Part shown: positions 61,979 to 64,000 of the stretch, piece by piece | Numbering within the stretch: the stretch's first letter is position 1 | Layout of the letters: each line of letters starts with the position of its first letter | Sequence record: NZ_CP104589.1 | From: a plasmid | Strand: one strand, 5' to 3' | DNA length: 64,000 nt | Notes under the pieces: generated by a model | The model's database searches: none | What the model saw: only the letters and a program-made list of their open reading frames with translations | Told to the model about the DNA's origin: nothing | Translations under genes and position numbers: made by a program

Positions 61979-62896
61979 TTAGTCGACAACACCGACCGGA
62001 TCAACACCGGTGCGATTACGGGAGTCGGCTTTGCCGGCGATCAGATAGACCAGTGCTGCAGGCTTGTTTTTGCCAAGCTCAGCGACAAGATCTTCGACAG
62101 TAAAGGAGTTACCGGGTAGTGCCCATACATGCGGGTAGAAGTGAAAGATGTGGGCCTTGAAGCCACCCATCTGCACCGGCGCCATGCCTTGAAAGTATTG
62201 AGTGCGACTACGAGCCAAGGACATGCCAACACGACCATTGCCCTGAGATGCTGTCGGAACTTCGATTACGAACTTGGCAATACCCTGGCCAGGTTTGTCC
62301 ACCTGCTGATGGGGCAGAGAGCGCATTTGACCGAGCCAATCACTCCAGCACGATTGCAGCGCGGCACTGGCATCAAAATCGGCTTGCGACTTGTAGCAGA
62401 GTAAATGCGACCAGGTAGTACGGGGATCAGCATTCTCGCCAGCTGCCCCAATGCCCGCCAGCGCACCCACCAATGCAAGCCCACCATTCCCAGAGCCAAG
62501 CCCCGCAGTGATGATGGAATCAGCAGTATTCGGGCCGCCTAGCTTACTTTGCGGCTTCAAGTCGCCCGGTCCACCGTAGGTCGGACGCATATAGAGCGGC
62601 GTCTCGATGATCGCGACCTGCGTAGTGTTCTTATAGGTCAAACGGCCCTCGGGGTACCAACTAAGCTTCGGGTAGCCGAAAAGAGCCATGGCCTTTTCTG
62701 TTTGAGTCTCATGGACACTGAGGTCTACAGGCTGGGCATTGATCCAACGATCAAGACCGGTATCCCGGGGACGATAGCTGACATTCACACCCTCAACTTG
62801 AGTGGAGAATTCAGGCGGCAGCATGCCAGCACAGCCATGAAGGAGCGCGGCACTTGCGATAGTCATGGCGATTCGAATAGCAGTTGATTTGATCAT
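61979..62896 (-). CDS. lipoprotein (lipobox LHGC), 305 aa
   Basis: signal peptide followed by Cys. Confidence 0.5.
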   Translation of the reverse strand: MIKSTAIRIAMTIASAALLHGCAGMLPPEFSTQVEGVNVSYRPRDTGLDRWINAQPVDLSVHETQTEKAMALFGYPKLSWYPEGRLTYKNTTQVAIIETPLYMRPTYGGPGDLKPQSKLGGPNTADSIITAGLGSGNGGLALVGALAGIGAAGENADPRTTWSHLLCYKSQADFDASAALQSCWSDWLGQMRSLPHQQVDKPGQGIAKFVIEVPTASQGNGRVGMSLARSRTQYFQGMAPVQMGGFKAHIFHFYPHVWALPGNSFTVEDLVAELGKNKPAALVYLIAGKADSRNRTGVDPVGVVD

Positions 62897-62911
62897 GGTG
62901 TGAATTCCCCG

Positions 62912-63259
62912 CTACTCAAACAGCGCCTGGACACGGGCCAGGGCATCTTCGATTACTACAGTCGGCGCGGCCTCGATGCGTTTTGCGCCGCGTGCCTCCA
63001 AGTCAACCGAGCGAATCTGGTTGCACAAGATCACGCCCTGCGTTTCGGTTCCCGCTCCGCTCAGCGTCACGGCAAAACCGGCGTAGCGGGCAAAATCACC
63101 GCCCTGGGTGATCGGCGCAATCACTGCAAGGCCAGTCGCGTTGTAGGCTGCTGGGGTGAGGATCAAGGCCGGGCGGAAATCGCCCTGCTGCTCACGGCCT
63201 GCCGTGGGATTCAGATTCAGGCGCACAATATCGCCTCGACCGTATTTCGCTCGCTTCAC
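62912..63259 (-). CDS. pemK: PemK/Kid/MazF-family toxin
   Basis: ...GDIVRLNLNPTAGREQQGDFRPALILTPAAYN...; high similarity to Kid. Confidence 0.85.
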   Translation of the reverse strand: MKRAKYGRGDIVRLNLNPTAGREQQGDFRPALILTPAAYNATGLAVIAPITQGGDFARYAGFAVTLSGAGTETQGVILCNQIRSVDLEARGAKRIEAAPTVVIEDALARVQALFE

Positions 63260-63516
63260 GCTTCACGCCCCACCGGCTGCATTTCGTTCCAGGCGGCAAG
63301 CTCTGCCGGCTCCGGCGCGCTCAGATCGCACTGGGCCATCAGGTCAGCCAGCTTGTAGTGCGGCTTGGCCTTCGCCGGTTTCAGCGTCATCGCTTCACCC
63401 GTGAAGTCGAGGCTCAGCACGTTGCCCACGTCGATGCTCATTTGCTTGAGCACGGCGGCAGGCAGGCGAATCGCCGCGCTGTTGCCCCACTGTTGAACTT
63501 TGACTTCCATAAGCAC
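63256..63516 (-). CDS. pemI: PemI/Kis/MazE-family antitoxin
   Basis: MEVKVQQWGNSAAIRLPAAVLKQM... (SpoVT/AbrB fold); overlaps pemK. Confidence 0.8.
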   Translation of the reverse strand: MLMEVKVQQWGNSAAIRLPAAVLKQMSIDVGNVLSLDFTGEAMTLKPAKAKPHYKLADLMAQCDLSAPEPAELAAWNEMQPVGREA

Positions 63517-63523
63517 CTCGCTC

Positions 63524-63600
63524 TATGTAGATACATTGTAGATACATACCATGAGAACACAAGGTCTATGTAGATACAATGTATCTACAATGCCAGCTCG
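63524..63600. promoter_or_regulatory. pemIK promoter with two palindromic operator repeats (TATGTAGATACA-TTGTAGATACAT)
   Basis: GTAGATACA repeated 4 times in direct and inverted orientation, immediately upstream of pemI. Confidence 0.45.
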
Positions 63601-63711
63601 CAAGCTCGACGTACAGTCTCCTGATCCCTACCAGGGAAGAGGCGCATTCCGCCCTTGGGAATCCGCCTCGCCATGTGATGATCCAGGCTCATACACCAAC
63701 GGAGCCCACCC

Positions 63712-64000
63712 ATGGCAAAACAAGCGCGACTTCCAGGCCTGGATCATCTGCAAATCGACGGGGAGTATTTCTCCTGGAACGAATCCTTCGACGAATACTG
63801 GAGCGATTCCGGCGAGCCTCGGGTGCTGCAGGAGGGCGAGATTGCCGCCTGGCGGGTGCAGTTCAACACCTTGCGCGGATACACCCCGCAGGGCCAGGAG
63901 ATCGAGGCGAAAATCCTCTCCTGGCAGCTTTGCCCGCTGGAAGGCCGCGACGTTTACAAGCTGGGTTTTATCGACCGGAGCCGTGGCATCTGCGGAACCG
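63712..64000 (+). CDS. hypothetical protein, 3'-partial at the window edge
   Basis: ATG with GGAGCCCACCC upstream; open to the window end. Confidence 0.35.
   Translation, partial: MAKQARLPGLDHLQIDGEYFSWNESFDEYWSDSGEPRVLQEGEIAAWRVQFNTLRGYTPQGQEIEAKILSWQLCPLEGRDVYKLGFIDRSRGICGT

Overview
This window reads as a mosaic Pseudomonas-type resistance plasmid segment. The backbone carries an iteron replicon: a DnaA box, an AT-rich tract, about 15 GCTACAGATTCAATG iterons and a Rep_3-family repA at 34.4-36.1 kb. It also carries a sopABC-like partition module (parA and parB plus a 10 x ~40-bp centromere-like repeat array, 49.9-52.5 kb), a pemIK/kis-kid toxin-antitoxin pair, an MvaT-family silencer, a ParB-like nuclease-domain protein, a UvrD-like helicase, a DUF4942-type N6-adenine methyltransferase, a Fic protein, a P4-type integrase and many hypothetical genes.

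Three nested mobile-element events sit in the 4.5-27.2 kb accessory region.
(1) A Tn21-subfamily tnpA-tnpR-res module has its IRtnp inserted into a secreted-protein gene. It carries a class 1 integron (intI1, PcW-TGN-10) with the cassette array fosX-like | blaVIM-2-like | aacA4 | blaOXA-10-family | aadA1 | qacF-like. IS26 cuts the array immediately after qacF, so there is no 3'-CS. IS26 also truncates a higA-like gene.
(2) A 6253-bp Tn3-family element that looks like Tn5563 is bounded by 38-bp IRs. It carries a long resolvase, an RHH-PIN toxin-antitoxin pair, tnpA and a merR-merT-merP-GDCC set with no merA. It interrupts a hypothetical gene.
(3) A umuDC operon with an SOS box has umuC truncated after about 111 codons by an element encoding two consecutive tyrosine recombinases. 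The second recombinase is split in-frame by an IS256-family insertion flanked by a perfect 8-bp target-site duplication.

A TnpB-only IS605-family element lies near 59-60.4 kb. A motif CTTGGGATTC recurs about 40-70 bp upstream of many plus-strand operons in the backbone. No rRNA, tRNA or CRISPR arrays were recognised. All product calls are from motif and sequence recall without database searches, and all boundaries are approximate.
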